64,000 bases of DNA from the NCBI GenBank assembly GCA_034520945.1, contig JAXHNB010000006.1, positions 384,001 through 448,000 of the forward strand, in the 5' to 3' direction. Positions within the stretch are counted from its first letter, which is position 1. Each line of letters begins with the position of its first letter. The notes beneath the pieces were generated by a model. That model made no database searches and was not told the DNA's origin. It saw nothing but the letters and a program-made list of their open reading frames with translations. The stretch comes from Trueperaceae bacterium. Its GTDB lineage: Bacteria; Deinococcota; Deinococci; Deinococcales; Trueperaceae. A program made the translations under genes and the position numbers. This document shows, piece by piece, positions 1 to 12,218 of this stretch.

Positions 1-349
1 TCGAACACGGCTTGCGGCACGGCCAGGTAGTGCACGGGCCGCTGGGCGCCGCCCAGTTCGCGGTAGATCGCGTCGAACGTGGCAGGGTCGGCGTAGTCGC
101 CCGGCACGTACCGCAGAAGCCGCACGAGGCGCTCGGTGGCGTCCGGGTCGGGCGCTCCGCCGTGCTGCTCCAAGCTGTCGCGAGCGCGCGCCTGGAACTG
201 CTCCAGCGTCCAGTCTTCGAAGGCGACGCCGATCACGGGCACGTCCAGCTGGCCGTCGGCGAGCATGCGCCGCAATGCGGGGAAGATCTTCTTGAATGCC
301 AAGTCGCCGGTCGCGCCGTAGAACACCAGCGCGCCGGAGCGTTCGGCGC

Positions 350-353
<4 letters not shown>
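1..353 (-). CDS. zwf: Glucose-6-phosphate dehydrogenase, N-terminal part (runs off window)
   Basis: Manual translation from GTG at 353: VSAERSGALVFYGATGDLAFKKIFPAL, the G6PD GATGDLA..K..PAL motif. The start overlaps the GH63 stop (GTGA). Confidence 0.9.
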
Positions 354-3085
<2,732 letters not shown>

Positions 3086-3273
3086 GACTCGCACCTCCCG
3101 GGAATGCGCGATGGTACGCCCGGCCGGCCTGAGGGATCGGTCGGGCGCTTGACGGGCGGTCGGGGCGGTTCGGACGGCGTGGGGCCACGCGGACAGCGAG
3201 CCGGGGGAGGTTCACCCTGCCAACATCGCCTGAACGCGTGGTCACACGGCCCGGCGCGCCGTGGACGCGCGAC

Positions 3274-3360
3274 CGCGTCAGCGCACCGTTCGCTCCAAGA
3301 AGCCGATGAGCACCTGATTGAACGCCTCGCTGCGCTCTTCGTTGGGAAGCAGCGCCGCGT
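3274..3360. repeat. 87-bp direct repeat of the hydrolase gene 3' end (partner 3966-4052)
   Basis: Direct alignment with 2 mismatches. Confidence 0.95.
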
Positions 3361-3414
3361 GACGTCGCGCGGGGTCGCTGCGAGGATCGTCCCAGCCCTT
3401 CGTGTAGTACGATT

Positions 3415-3438
3415 GGACGTACTCTAGGAGGTACGTCC
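3415..3438. promoter_or_regulatory. Putative TA autoregulatory operator (GGACGTAC-N8-GTACGTCC)
   Basis: Inverted repeat spanning the antitoxin RBS. Confidence 0.55.
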
Positions 3439-3439
3439 C

Positions 3440-3715
3440 ATGGGTGTCTTGCCTTCCATCATTCCGATCTCGGACCTGCGCCAAGACGCTGCTCGCGTCA
3501 TCAAACGTGTCGTCGCGTCGGACGAGCCGGTCGTCATCACCCAGCGGGGGCGGGCCGCTGCCGTGCTGGTGAGCGCCGAGGCGTACGAGCGCACGCAGTA
3601 CGAGAACGACATCTTGCGCGCGCTCGCCCGCGGCGATGCGGAGCTCGCGGCGGGGCTCGGCCCCGATGCCGAGGACGTAATGGCGGAGGCGCGCACCGTG
3701 CTCGACGAAACCTAG
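3440..3715 (+). CDS. Phd/YefM family antitoxin
   Basis: IPISDLRQDAARVI...PVVITQRGRAAAVLVSAEAYE. Confidence 0.9.
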   Translation: MGVLPSIIPISDLRQDAARVIKRVVASDEPVVITQRGRAAAVLVSAEAYERTQYENDILRALARGDAELAAGLGPDAEDVMAEARTVLDET

Positions 3716-3719
3716 CGGG

Positions 3720-4001
3720 ATGCGGGTGCGCTTCACGCCGCAAGCCGCGCAGCAGTACCTGGACGCGTTGCGGAATCTCCGCACCAAGAACGCCGCCGGG
3801 GCATCGACCGTCCAACAGCGTACGGAGGCTGTGGTCGCGTTGCTCCGCGAACACCCGCACGCGGGTCACGCGATCCCGGAGTTCCCCGAGCTACCGCACC
3901 GCGAGCTCTCCGCCCCGCCGTACCGCTTGTTCTACCGCGTGGTGGACGACACGGTCTGGATCGTTCGCGTCAGCGCACCGTTCGCTCCAAGAAGCCGATG
4001 A
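3720..4001 (+). CDS. RelE/ParE family toxin; C-terminus replaced by repeat sequence
   Basis: VRFTPQA...HPHAG...PYRLFYRVVDDTVWI. The ORF runs into the hydrolase repeat at 3966. Confidence 0.8.
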   Translation: MRVRFTPQAAQQYLDALRNLRTKNAAGASTVQQRTEAVVALLREHPHAGHAIPEFPELPHRELSAPPYRLFYRVVDDTVWIVRVSAPFAPRSR

Positions 4002-4905
4002 GCACCTGATTGAACGCCTCGCTGCGCTCTTCGTTGGGCAGCAGTGCCGCGTCGCGGAGAAGCACCAGTTGCGCGTCGGGGCGGGCCAGGATGAACTCTT
4101 CGGCGTCTTCGAAGGAACTGAAGCCGGACGCGGTTCCCCACACCAGCAGCGCCGGTTGGCGGGTGGCGGGCCACAGCTCGCTCACGTCCTGGTCCAGGCT
4201 GCCGCTGACGAACGAGAAGACGATCCAGCGCGCGTCTTCCGAGCGGAGGTTGCGGTCGTACGAGGCGAGCACCTCGTCGGTGAGGCTGTCCGGGTCGGCG
4301 TAGGCGTCCAGCAGGAAGAAGCGCTGCACCTCGTCGTCGACCAGCAGGCCGGTGAACAGCTCGCTGACCACGGGGTTGGCGAATAGGTCGAAGGTGCGTT
4401 CCCGACCACCGTCCTGGGGACGGTTCAGGCTGCGGTATCCGGTCGGTGCGATGAGCGCGAGGCGGGTGACCAGGTCGGGGCGCTCGGCGGCGATGCGGAT
4501 GGCGTGCGCTGCCGACAGGCCGTTCGCGACCAGCACCGCCGGCTCGCCCACTACGTCGTCGAGGAAGGCCGTCACCTGCGCCACCAGGTCGTCCTGGGTG
4601 GTGCGCCGCTCGGGCTTCGACGAGCGGCCGAAGCCCAGCAGATCGAGGGCGTAGACGCGGTAGCCGGCGTCCGCCAGCGCGGGGGCGTTGCGGCGGTACT
4701 GGAACACGCTCGAGCCGCCGCCGATGCCGTGCACCATCACGACGGGCGGACCGTTGCCAAGGACCTCGTAACCGGTGACGAGCTCTCCGAACGGGGCCGA
4801 AGCCACGCGGGCGCCAGGGATTACGGCTTCCGGTCCGACGCCGTCGACGACGGGCACGCAGGCGGCAAGGAGGAGCAGCGACAGGGCGGTGGCGAAGGTG
4901 CGCAT
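3970..4905 (-). CDS. Alpha/beta-hydrolase fold lipoprotein
   Basis: LLLAAC lipobox; VMVHGIGGG and YALDLLGFGRS motifs. Confidence 0.85.
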   Translation of the reverse strand: MRTFATALSLLLLAACVPVVDGVGPEAVIPGARVASAPFGELVTGYEVLGNGPPVVMVHGIGGGSSVFQYRRNAPALADAGYRVYALDLLGFGRSSKPERRTTQDDLVAQVTAFLDDVVGEPAVLVANGLSAAHAIRIAAERPDLVTRLALIAPTGYRSLNRPQDGGRERTFDLFANPVVSELFTGLLVDDEVQRFFLLDAYADPDSLTDEVLASYDRNLRSEDARWIVFSFVSGSLDQDVSELWPATRQPALLVWGTASGFSSFEDAEEFILARPDAQLVLLRDAALLPNEERSEAFNQVLIGFLERTVR

Positions 4906-4990
4906 GGGAGCACGGTAGCGCGTGGGCGCGATGGGCACGAGGTGCCAACGTTCCGTTTCGGGGCCATTCGACCGCGCGGGTTGGTAGCCT

Positions 4991-5300
4991 TCACGCCCGC
5001 ACGAGGCCGAGCTCGATCGCGCGCAGCACCGCGCGGGTTCGGTCGCGGACGCCCAATTTCGACAGGATGCGGCTGACGTGGTTCTTCACGGTGCCCTCCA
5101 TCACGTCCAGCCCGCGGGCGATCTCCTTGTTGTTCCAGCCCGCCACCATCAGCCGCAGGATCTCGGTTTCGCGTTCGGTCAGTGCCTCGATCCCGTCCGT
5201 GGCCTCGTGGGTCTCGAACGGCGTTTCGGTCAGGGACAGCAGGGTCCGCACCCCTTGCCGCACCACCGTCTGGTCGTCGACGATCAGGACTGCGGATCAC
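4991..5300 (-). pseudogene. NarL/LuxR response regulator, frameshifted and internally deleted
   Basis: VLIVDDQTVVRQGVRTLL joined almost directly to the HTH LTERETEILRLMVAGWNNKEIA...TVKNHVS. Confidence 0.8.
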
Positions 5301-5560
5301 GGTTCGCCTTCCGGCCCAATCGGAACGTCGGGCCGCGCGCCGGCCGGCACCGACGCCGTCAGCGTGAAGCCGCGGCCGGGCGCGGTGGTCATTTCGAGTT
5401 GCCCCCCGACCGCGGCCAACCGCTCTCGCAGACCCCGCAGGCCCGTACCGTCCCGATCGGATGGGCGTCGCGGCCCGCCGGACAGGTCGCGCGCGATGCG
5501 CAGACGTTCGGTTGCCCGCTGATGCTCGGCCAGCAGCGAACGGCGTTCACGCGTAGCGGC
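5297..5560 (-). pseudogene. DesK/NarQ-type histidine kinase relic
   Basis: ERLRIARDL joined within ~12 aa to GTGLRGLRERLAAVGGQLEMTTAPGRGFTL; the H-box His and the middle are missing. Confidence 0.7.
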
Positions 5561-5796
5561 CTTGCCGATCTCGTCGACGAGGTTCCCGACCGGGCGACCG
5601 TTGGGGAGGGCGGCGCTCGCAATCCACCAGGCAGAGCATCGTGCGCGCCGTCGCCGTCGGGCCGGCGTCCGACCATCGCCATGGGCCGAGCGAGCCGTAT
5701 TCTGGAGACTTCTGCGTCGGCGGAGTGTCGTACGGCGATTTGAGGGCATGGTCGTGGTTGCCTCGACGGTCAGGGGGCCGAGGGCGACCCGGGTCC

Positions 5797-5865
5797 GTGA
5801 CGCGGAGGCCTTTCAACGCACCCAGGACGAGCACGAGATCCTTCGCGCGCCCGCGCGTGGCGATG
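5797..5865 (+). pseudogene. Relic of a Phd antitoxin paralogous to 3440-3715
   Basis: DAEAFQRTQDEHEILRAPARGD versus SAEAYERTQYENDILRALARGD. Confidence 0.65.
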
Positions 5866-5959
5866 GGCGTAGATCGGGCTGTTTGGCACGCCAGGCCAGC
5901 TGCGATCGGGTCCTGATCGGTGCGAACCGCGCGGTGCTAGGCAGGCGCCATATGATCAC

Positions 5960-5992
5960 TGTGATAACACGTTGAGGTATGCTGTTATCACA
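5960..5992. promoter_or_regulatory. Putative vapBC operator (TGTGATAACA-N13-TGTTATCACA)
   Basis: Perfect 10-bp inverted repeat ending at the antitoxin ATG. Confidence 0.65.
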
Positions 5993-6216
5993 TGGTGAGG
6001 ACGCAAATCAGCTTGACGAAGGAGGAGTACGCAGCGGCAAAGCGCGAGGCGGAGCGCTTGGGAATCTCTCTGGCGGAACTGCTTCGTCGGTCGCTGCGCA
6101 CCATGCTGCCGGTCGACGAGGAACGGCCTTGGATGCGCTACGCGGGCCTGATCGAGTCTGGCGACGCGGCCGCGAGCCAGAAGGTCGACGACCTGGTCTA
6201 TGGCCGCAAGGATTGA
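5992..6216 (+). CDS. CopG/RHH antitoxin (VapB-like)
   Basis: MVRTQISL...GISLAELLRRSL; overlaps the PIN gene. Confidence 0.85.
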   Translation: MVRTQISLTKEEYAAAKREAERLGISLAELLRRSLRTMLPVDEERPWMRYAGLIESGDAAASQKVDDLVYGRKD

Positions 6217-6616
6217 TGCCTACGTCGACACGTCGGCGTTCATTGCGTTCATGGACATCAGCGACTCGCATCACGCCCTGTTTCGCCGCCTGTTCGCTGC
6301 GCCACCGAACGTCGTCGTGACGTCGAGCCTGGTCGTCGTCGAAGGGCACGCGTGGTTCCTGCAACGCTTCGACCGGGAGCGGGCCCTGCAGTTCCTGGCG
6401 ATGATCGAAGACATGCCGTTTCTCGACGTACGTCCGATCGGTACGCCCGACCTCCAGGGCGCCACCACGATGCTGCGGCGCTTCGATGACCAGGACCTCA
6501 CCTTGGTCGACTCCGTCGGTCTGCACCTCATGGGTGATGGGCGTGCTAGGGAGTGTTGGTCGACGGATCGGCACCTTGGTCTGACGGGCGTGCCGCTGGC
6601 GATCCATGCGGCCTGA
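6200..6616 (+). CDS. vapC: PIN-domain toxin (VapC)
   Basis: YVDTSAFIA, LTLVDSVG, STDRH motifs. Confidence 0.9.
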   Translation: MAARIDAYVDTSAFIAFMDISDSHHALFRRLFAAPPNVVVTSSLVVVEGHAWFLQRFDRERALQFLAMIEDMPFLDVRPIGTPDLQGATTMLRRFDDQDLTLVDSVGLHLMGDGRARECWSTDRHLGLTGVPLAIHAA

Positions 6617-6784
6617 TGGCTCGCCGTCGCGCGCTTCTGCCGGTCACCCCCCTCCGCTACGCCGACGTCGACCGCCCAACCGTTCCCGATCACGGCGACG
6701 TCGATCACCGCGCACGCCTTGGTGTTGAGCCTGTCGCGTCGCTCAATGGCGCTCCGCAGGACGCCGACGTGTCATGGTGCGGGT

Positions 6785-7351
6785 ATGACACGCAACGTTG
6801 CCGTTCTCTTCGCGCTTTCATGGTCGTTGGCGTTTTTCGGGCTCGCACAGGAGGAGGGCTTCGAGTTCCGAGGTGAGGTGCCTGCGGCGGTGCCGGACGG
6901 CACCGTGGTCGAGGCCATGATCCGCGACGATCCGACGTCGCTCGGCACGACGCCCCTCGCGCGTGGCCAGGTGGTGGACGACTCGTTCCGCATCCGTCTT
7001 CCTGCCGAGCTGGATCCCGAGAGGCTGGGGGAGATGCGTGTCTGCGGCGCGTCATCGGTGAACATCGCGTTCGTGCCCCACCTGGCGGTCGTCGAGGGTG
7101 AGGAGACGCAGGGGCAGTTCTGGCGTACCGATCAAACCCCCGGGGACTGGGGCATGTATGGGCCCTCGAACTACACCTACCTCGCCTACGTCGAGGAACC
7201 CTTCGTCGCCGAGGAGGACTGCATGGGGGACCTCGTCGAGCTCGACTTGGAGCCCGGCTGGAACGTCTACTCCCGCATCGTTACCGACAGCGGCTCGCTC
7301 ACGACCAGCGCCGAGCCGCCCGCGGACTTCACCTGGCGCTTCCTCCGCTGA
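6785..7351 (+). CDS. Secreted hypothetical protein
   Basis: Signal peptide ending GLAQ; GC3-rich frame; DLEPGWN motif. Confidence 0.7.
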   Translation: MTRNVAVLFALSWSLAFFGLAQEEGFEFRGEVPAAVPDGTVVEAMIRDDPTSLGTTPLARGQVVDDSFRIRLPAELDPERLGEMRVCGASSVNIAFVPHLAVVEGEETQGQFWRTDQTPGDWGMYGPSNYTYLAYVEEPFVAEEDCMGDLVELDLEPGWNVYSRIVTDSGSLTTSAEPPADFTWRFLR

Positions 7352-7458
7352 GGCCGGTCGCGTACGCCCGCCGGGGAACCGATGGCCCCACCCACGTCGC
7401 TCGTATCCCGTACGCTGGCGAGCGTCGGTGGTTCCCCCTCCGACCCCAAGGAGCCTGC

Positions 7459-8019
7459 ATGCCACGATTGCCGCACCATCGACCTTTGCTGTCCGTCCTC
7501 GTTTTCGCCATGATCGCGGGTGTTGCGCTGGCACAGGACGTCACGGGCACGATCACGGCCCGAATGGGGGGTGTCGAGCGGACGTGGAACACGCTCGGGT
7601 TCGACCATCCGGACGGCTACCAGGCGACCGCCTCCTGGTCTTTCCTCATGGATCGTTTCGTGTCGGTCTCCATTCAAGGGCATCCCGGCACGAGTCCCCA
7701 GTTGGAGGAAGCCCTCGCCATCGATGTGTCCACCTTCGACGGTTTTCCCACGGACTGCCCCTGCCGGATCCAGCAGGCGGACGTCATGTACTGGTCCACC
7801 TCCAGCATGTTCGAAGATGTCTACATCGGTACGGATGCCGAGGTGACGTTCACCGTCGTGGAACCCCTCGACGACGACACGTACCGGGTCGAGGGCAGCT
7901 TCTCCGCGACGCTCGCGTACCAGGCCCGCCTCGGCGGGCCGCTAGACGAGGGAGGGGACGTGCTCGCCGTGGACGGCACGTTCACGGTGGAGTCGTTACC
8001 GCGGCGGGAGGTGGAGTAG
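7459..8019 (+). CDS. Secreted hypothetical protein
   Basis: AAGGAG RBS; signal peptide ending ALAQ. Confidence 0.75.
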   Translation: MPRLPHHRPLLSVLVFAMIAGVALAQDVTGTITARMGGVERTWNTLGFDHPDGYQATASWSFLMDRFVSVSIQGHPGTSPQLEEALAIDVSTFDGFPTDCPCRIQQADVMYWSTSSMFEDVYIGTDAEVTFTVVEPLDDDTYRVEGSFSATLAYQARLGGPLDEGGDVLAVDGTFTVESLPRREVE

Positions 8020-8117
8020 GCGCGTCCTCCCGGGAGGTGCACGGCCTACGATGCGAGTGCCTCGTTCGTGGGCTCACCGGTCGTGGTGCATCACGGCGTG
8101 TGCATCTGACCCGAGCC

Positions 8118-9368
8118 TCATGCCGCGGCCTCCCGCGCCTGCTTGCCGCGCACGGCGAGCGCCCCGACGGTGAGGCCCTGCACCAGGATCGAGAAGACGA
8201 CCACGCCATAGGTCATGGTCAGGATCACGTCACGGTGCGGGCCGGCCGGGAGCGAGAGGGCCAGGGCGATCGAGATGCCGCCCCGCAGGCCGCCCCACAC
8301 GAGAAGGCGCGTGGTGTAGGGCGCGAAGTTCCGCTTCAGGCGGAACAGGCCGATGGGGAGGGCCACGGCGACGGTACGCGCCAGCAGGACCAGCGGGATG
8401 GCCAGCAGAGCGGCCTCTACGGTCAGCGCCGTGAACTTGAGGACCAGCACCTCGATGCCGATCAGTACGAACAGCAGGGCGTTGATGACCTCGTCGGCCA
8501 GCTCCCAGAAGGTGTCGAGGTGCTCGCGCGTTCGTGGCGACATGGCCAGCATTCGCCCATGGTTGCCGATGAACAACCCGGCCACGACGACGGTCAGCGG
8601 GCCGGAGGTGTGCAAGGCCGAGGCGGCCGCGTACCCGCCCGTGACGACGGCCAACGTCAACAGGATCTCCGTCGCGTAGTCGTCGATCTGGTTCAGAAGG
8701 GCGTAGGCGGCCAGGCCCAGCACGAGGCCGAACGCCAGACCTCCGAGGGTTTCCCTCACGAACAGCAGCGCGACTGGACCCAGGCCCGCCTCGGCGTTCC
8801 CCTCGCCCGTAACGGCGGCCAGGACCACGGTGAACACCACGACCCCGACGCCGTCGGTGAAGAGCGCCTCGCCCGTGATCAGGGTTTCGGTGTCCTTCGG
8901 CACGCCGGCCCGCCGGAGGATGGCCAGCACCGCGATCGGATCGGTGGGCGAGATGAGGGCGCCGAACAGCAGGGCATGCCCGAACGACAACTCCAGGCCG
9001 AGGAGGCCGCCCATGAGCCATGTCAGCGCGCCCACCAGCAGCGTCGACGTGACGATGCCGATCGTGGACAGTGCGAGGACCGGGCCGGCCTGTCGTGTCA
9101 GCTTCTCGAGGTCGACGACCAGAGCTCCGGCGAACAACAGGTAGGCCAGCAGGCCCTGCAGGACCAGGTCGTCGAAGTCGAGGGTCGCCAGAACCTGGTC
9201 GGCCCACGCGGCCACCTCAGGCCCTCCGAAGAGGACGAGCCCCAGCGAGATGATGAGTGCCGCCAGCGTCACGCCGATCGGGGTGGGCAGCTTCAAGAGT
9301 CGCGCGTTGACGAACGCGAACAGTGCCGTCGCCGTGACCAGAATGGCAGCAGCATCGAAGACGCTCAT
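8118..9368 (-). CDS. Na+/H+ antiporter, CPA1/NhaP family
   Basis: GALISPTDPIAV, GEALFTDG and WGGLRGGISIALALSL motifs; many TM segments. Confidence 0.92.
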   Translation of the reverse strand: MSVFDAAAILVTATALFAFVNARLLKLPTPIGVTLAALIISLGLVLFGGPEVAAWADQVLATLDFDDLVLQGLLAYLLFAGALVVDLEKLTRQAGPVLALSTIGIVTSTLLVGALTWLMGGLLGLELSFGHALLFGALISPTDPIAVLAILRRAGVPKDTETLITGEALFTDGVGVVVFTVVLAAVTGEGNAEAGLGPVALLFVRETLGGLAFGLVLGLAAYALLNQIDDYATEILLTLAVVTGGYAAASALHTSGPLTVVVAGLFIGNHGRMLAMSPRTREHLDTFWELADEVINALLFVLIGIEVLVLKFTALTVEAALLAIPLVLLARTVAVALPIGLFRLKRNFAPYTTRLLVWGGLRGGISIALALSLPAGPHRDVILTMTYGVVVFSILVQGLTVGALAVRGKQAREAAA

Positions 9369-9599
9369 CGGCCGAGTCTAGGCGATGCGCGGCGGCACGG
9401 ACAGGGGGCCGGCACGTCGTGGGAGCGTGACGGCTGGTCGCCCGGCGCCAATAACGCCGTCCTGCGGCCCAACCTCGAAGGATCTCGCACCCCGAGAGCC
9501 TGATCGCGCGTCGTCCAGCCGGCAACTGCCTGAATTGGATCGTGGGGCACCTGGCCCACGGGTACGAGCATGCACTTCCCCACTTGGGGCAGGAGCGCG

Positions 9600-9726
9600 T
9601 GCTCGCCCCGGCGCGCAGCGTACGCTCCGCGTGTACCTTGCCTTCCTGATGTCCCACCAGGCCTACCACGCAGGCCAAACGGACGTGTTCCGGCGGGTCG
9701 CCGGGAAGGCCGGTGCGATTCCGTGA
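9600..9726 (+). pseudogene. DinB-family C-terminal relic
   Basis: LAFLMSHQAYHAGQ...RR..GK motif with no intact N-terminus. Confidence 0.55.
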
Positions 9727-9882
9727 AGGCCGCGCCGCCGCTCGGCTGTCACCCGTTTCACGTCCGTGCGTGACGAAGGAATTCGGGCACGATCGGATTT
9801 GCATTCGCAAACCATCGTGCCGTAGGCGCAGCTGCTCATGGGGTCCCGCGAACTCGATGCGATCGGCCGGGCGGATGGGGCG

Positions 9883-10212
9883 CTACTTCGGCGGCAAGGA
9901 ACGCGCGAAGGCGAGGCCGCGCACGATCCACGCCGAAAGCTCCTTTTCCTCGCCCGTCGCGTCCTGCGCCACCAGGACCCAGCCCCGCATCGGTCGGCCC
10001 GTGACGTCGAACGGACGCGCGCCGCGTTCAGCCAGGATTTCGTCGTACACGTCGGGCCCGACGCGCACCATCAGCTCTGGGCCGAGGATCCCTACGGCCA
10101 TGTTGCCGTCGAGAAGCCAGGCCACCCCGCCGAACATGCGCTTCTCGGCGAGCCCCTCCGTGTCCGTCAGGACCTCGCGCACGCGCTGGGCGAACCCTTC
10201 GTCGAACGCCAT
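9883..10212 (-). CDS. TfoX/Sxy N-terminal domain protein
   Basis: EKRMFGGVAWLLDGNMAVG...GRPMRGWVLV. Confidence 0.85.
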   Translation of the reverse strand: MAFDEGFAQRVREVLTDTEGLAEKRMFGGVAWLLDGNMAVGILGPELMVRVGPDVYDEILAERGARPFDVTGRPMRGWVLVAQDATGEEKELSAWIVRGLAFARSLPPK

Positions 10213-10246
10213 GCGAACCCCTTTCGTACTGTCGGCACGAGGGCGC

Positions 10247-11184
10247 TCAGAGGGTCGGCTCCGGCGCGGCGACCGCCTGTGGGTGATCATTCCGCACCAT
10301 GTCGAGCTCGGCCGCCTTCGCATTGGCCTCCACCTGCTGGACGCTCTTGCAGCCGGGGATGACGCAGGTGACGGCTGGGTGTTGCAGGCACCACGCCAGC
10401 GCCCAGGTCGCCATGTCCACCCCGCCCGGCACCTCTTCGCGTCGGATCCGCTCGGCCTCTTCGAGTTTGCGTTGCACGTCCTGCCGGTCGTGCCGTGAGC
10501 GTACGTCGCTGGTGTCGTCGAAGGTGGCGTCGGGCCGGTACTTGCCGCTGAGGTACCCGCTGGCGAGGGGCACGCGGGCCAACACGCCCAGGTCGTGGCG
10601 CTGGCAGGCGGGAAAGACGTGCTCCGGGTGCGGTCCAGCCGGTTGTAGACCACCTGGATCGCCTCGGCCCCCACGCCCGGTGCGTGGCTCGTCTGGTAGA
10701 CGTCGTCGTTCTTGCCGATCGAGATCCCCAGGTGGCGGATGCGGCCCGCTTTCACCTGTTCGGCCAGCGCCTGCCACAGTTCCGCGTCGTCGAAGACCTC
10801 CCGTTTGCCGGAGTGGAACTGGTAAAGGTCCACGTAGTCGGTTCGGAGCGCCTCCAGCGAGGCGTCGAGCTGTTGGAGGACCTGGTCCGCGGTCCAGAGT
10901 TGGTCGCGTTGGAAGTCGCCCAGGTAGCGGTGCCCGAATTTGGTGGCGACGTACCAGTCCTGGCGTCGGCCCTCGATCGCTTGGCCGATCAGGCGTTCGG
11001 AGACGTGGTCGCCGTAGCATTCCGCGGTGTCGAGGAGGTTGATGCCGAGTTCGCGGGCGCGGTCCAGGATGTCTCGCACCTCGGCCACCTCGTAGTCGCG
11101 GCCCCATTCGCCCCCGAACTGCCAGGTGCCGATTCCGACGACGGAGACGGGCAATCCGGTCGAGCCCAAACGTCGGTACTTCAT
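10247..11184 (-). pseudogene. Aldo/keto reductase with a frameshift near 10630
   Basis: MKYRRLGSTG..DTAECYG..DLYQFH..QVVYNRLDR in one frame continues as HVFPACQ..VPLASGYL..VIPGCKS in another. Confidence 0.85.
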
Positions 11185-11292
11185 GGCGGCCTCCTCTTCC
11201 CGGGGCGCGCCATGATGGGGAGTGATTCGCGCCCACGTGTGGTGCGTCCAGGGTAGCGCGGGCTCGGTTGCGTGCGGGCGATCTGCTGTGGT

Positions 11293-11697
11293 TCAGGGGC
11301 AGACGAGCTCCAGGGTGGGGTAGTGGGTGCGGTAGCGCTTCGTGTCCCGCGTCAACAACGCCATGCCGTCGACGGCGGCGTGGGCGCCGATGTAGAAGTC
11401 CGGCAGCGGTGACGTGCGGCTGCCTTGCGTGCGGCGGTACCGCACGAATGCCTTGCCCGCCAGGAAGCCGGCCTCCCAGGGCAACGTCAGGCGGGTGAAG
11501 GCGTCTTGGGGTAGGGCTTCATCCAGCTCTTCGATCCGTGCGAACCCGACCGAGACCTCTGCGTAGACGATGGGGTTGATGCACAACTCGGCCTGCGCCG
11601 CGCAGGCGTCGAGCTGTTCGGCCGACCACGCGTACCACTGGGGATCGTCGGTCATCACGTCCAGGAGAACGTTCGCGTCCACGAGGACGCGGCTCAT
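11293..11697 (-). CDS. vapC: PIN-domain toxin (VapC)
   Basis: VLVDANVLLD, PLPDFYIGAHA and LLTRD motifs. Confidence 0.92.
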   Translation of the reverse strand: MSRVLVDANVLLDVMTDDPQWYAWSAEQLDACAAQAELCINPIVYAEVSVGFARIEELDEALPQDAFTRLTLPWEAGFLAGKAFVRYRRTQGSRTSPLPDFYIGAHAAVDGMALLTRDTKRYRTHYPTLELVCP

Positions 11698-11942
11698 TCG
11701 CCGCGCGTCATCCGCATGATCTCGTCGGTGCTCAAACGCGCCGTGGCACGACCCCGCAGGCGCGCAGCCAAGGTGCCCGTCCGCGCGTCAGGTGGGTGCG
11801 CGAGGATGGCGTCGGCCTCGCGGACGGCCGCTTCGCGCACGAAGGCGGCGACGGAGACGCCGGCACGCGCAGCGCCGCGGCGCAAGCGGTCCTTGTCGGT
11901 GGTGCTCAGGCGCAGGTCGAGACGGTCGGTCGTGGTGGCCAT
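11694..11942 (-). CDS. Antitoxin with a DUF1778-like RHH N-terminus
   Basis: RLDLRLSTTDKDRLRRGAARAGVSVAAFVREAA; AGGAGG RBS; ATGA overlap with vapC. Confidence 0.8.
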   Translation of the reverse strand: MATTTDRLDLRLSTTDKDRLRRGAARAGVSVAAFVREAAVREADAILAHPPDARTGTLAARLRGRATARLSTDEIMRMTRGE

Positions 11943-11954
11943 GGCGGGCCTCCT

Positions 11955-11975
11955 TGTACGGCATCGTACCGTACA
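11955..11975. promoter_or_regulatory. Putative TA operator (TGTACGG-N7-CCGTACA)
   Basis: Inverted repeat immediately upstream of the antitoxin RBS. Confidence 0.6.
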
Positions 11976-12218
11976 TGCGGGCCGGGTTCGGCATCCGCCA
12001 GTCGGACGCGCCGTCGAACGCCGGGAACCGCTATTGCGCCGTCCGCAAGCGAACGATATGGTCAATACGGTCTCCTCGGGCTGGAAAGGACGAGGGTCCT
12101 TCGGTGGCAATGAAGCTCGCGTCCCATTTGGGCGCTTGACGCGGGTGGAGCCAGTAGCGCAACCGACCGACGCGGCCGTGATCGCCGCAGGCGCCCGACG
12201 CAATGGGAGGCAAGTCCA

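Noticed and set aside
9883..11184. 433-aa AKR-TfoX fusion in the ORF track
   Set aside because: An artefact of the AKR frameshift; TfoX has its own ATG at 10212.
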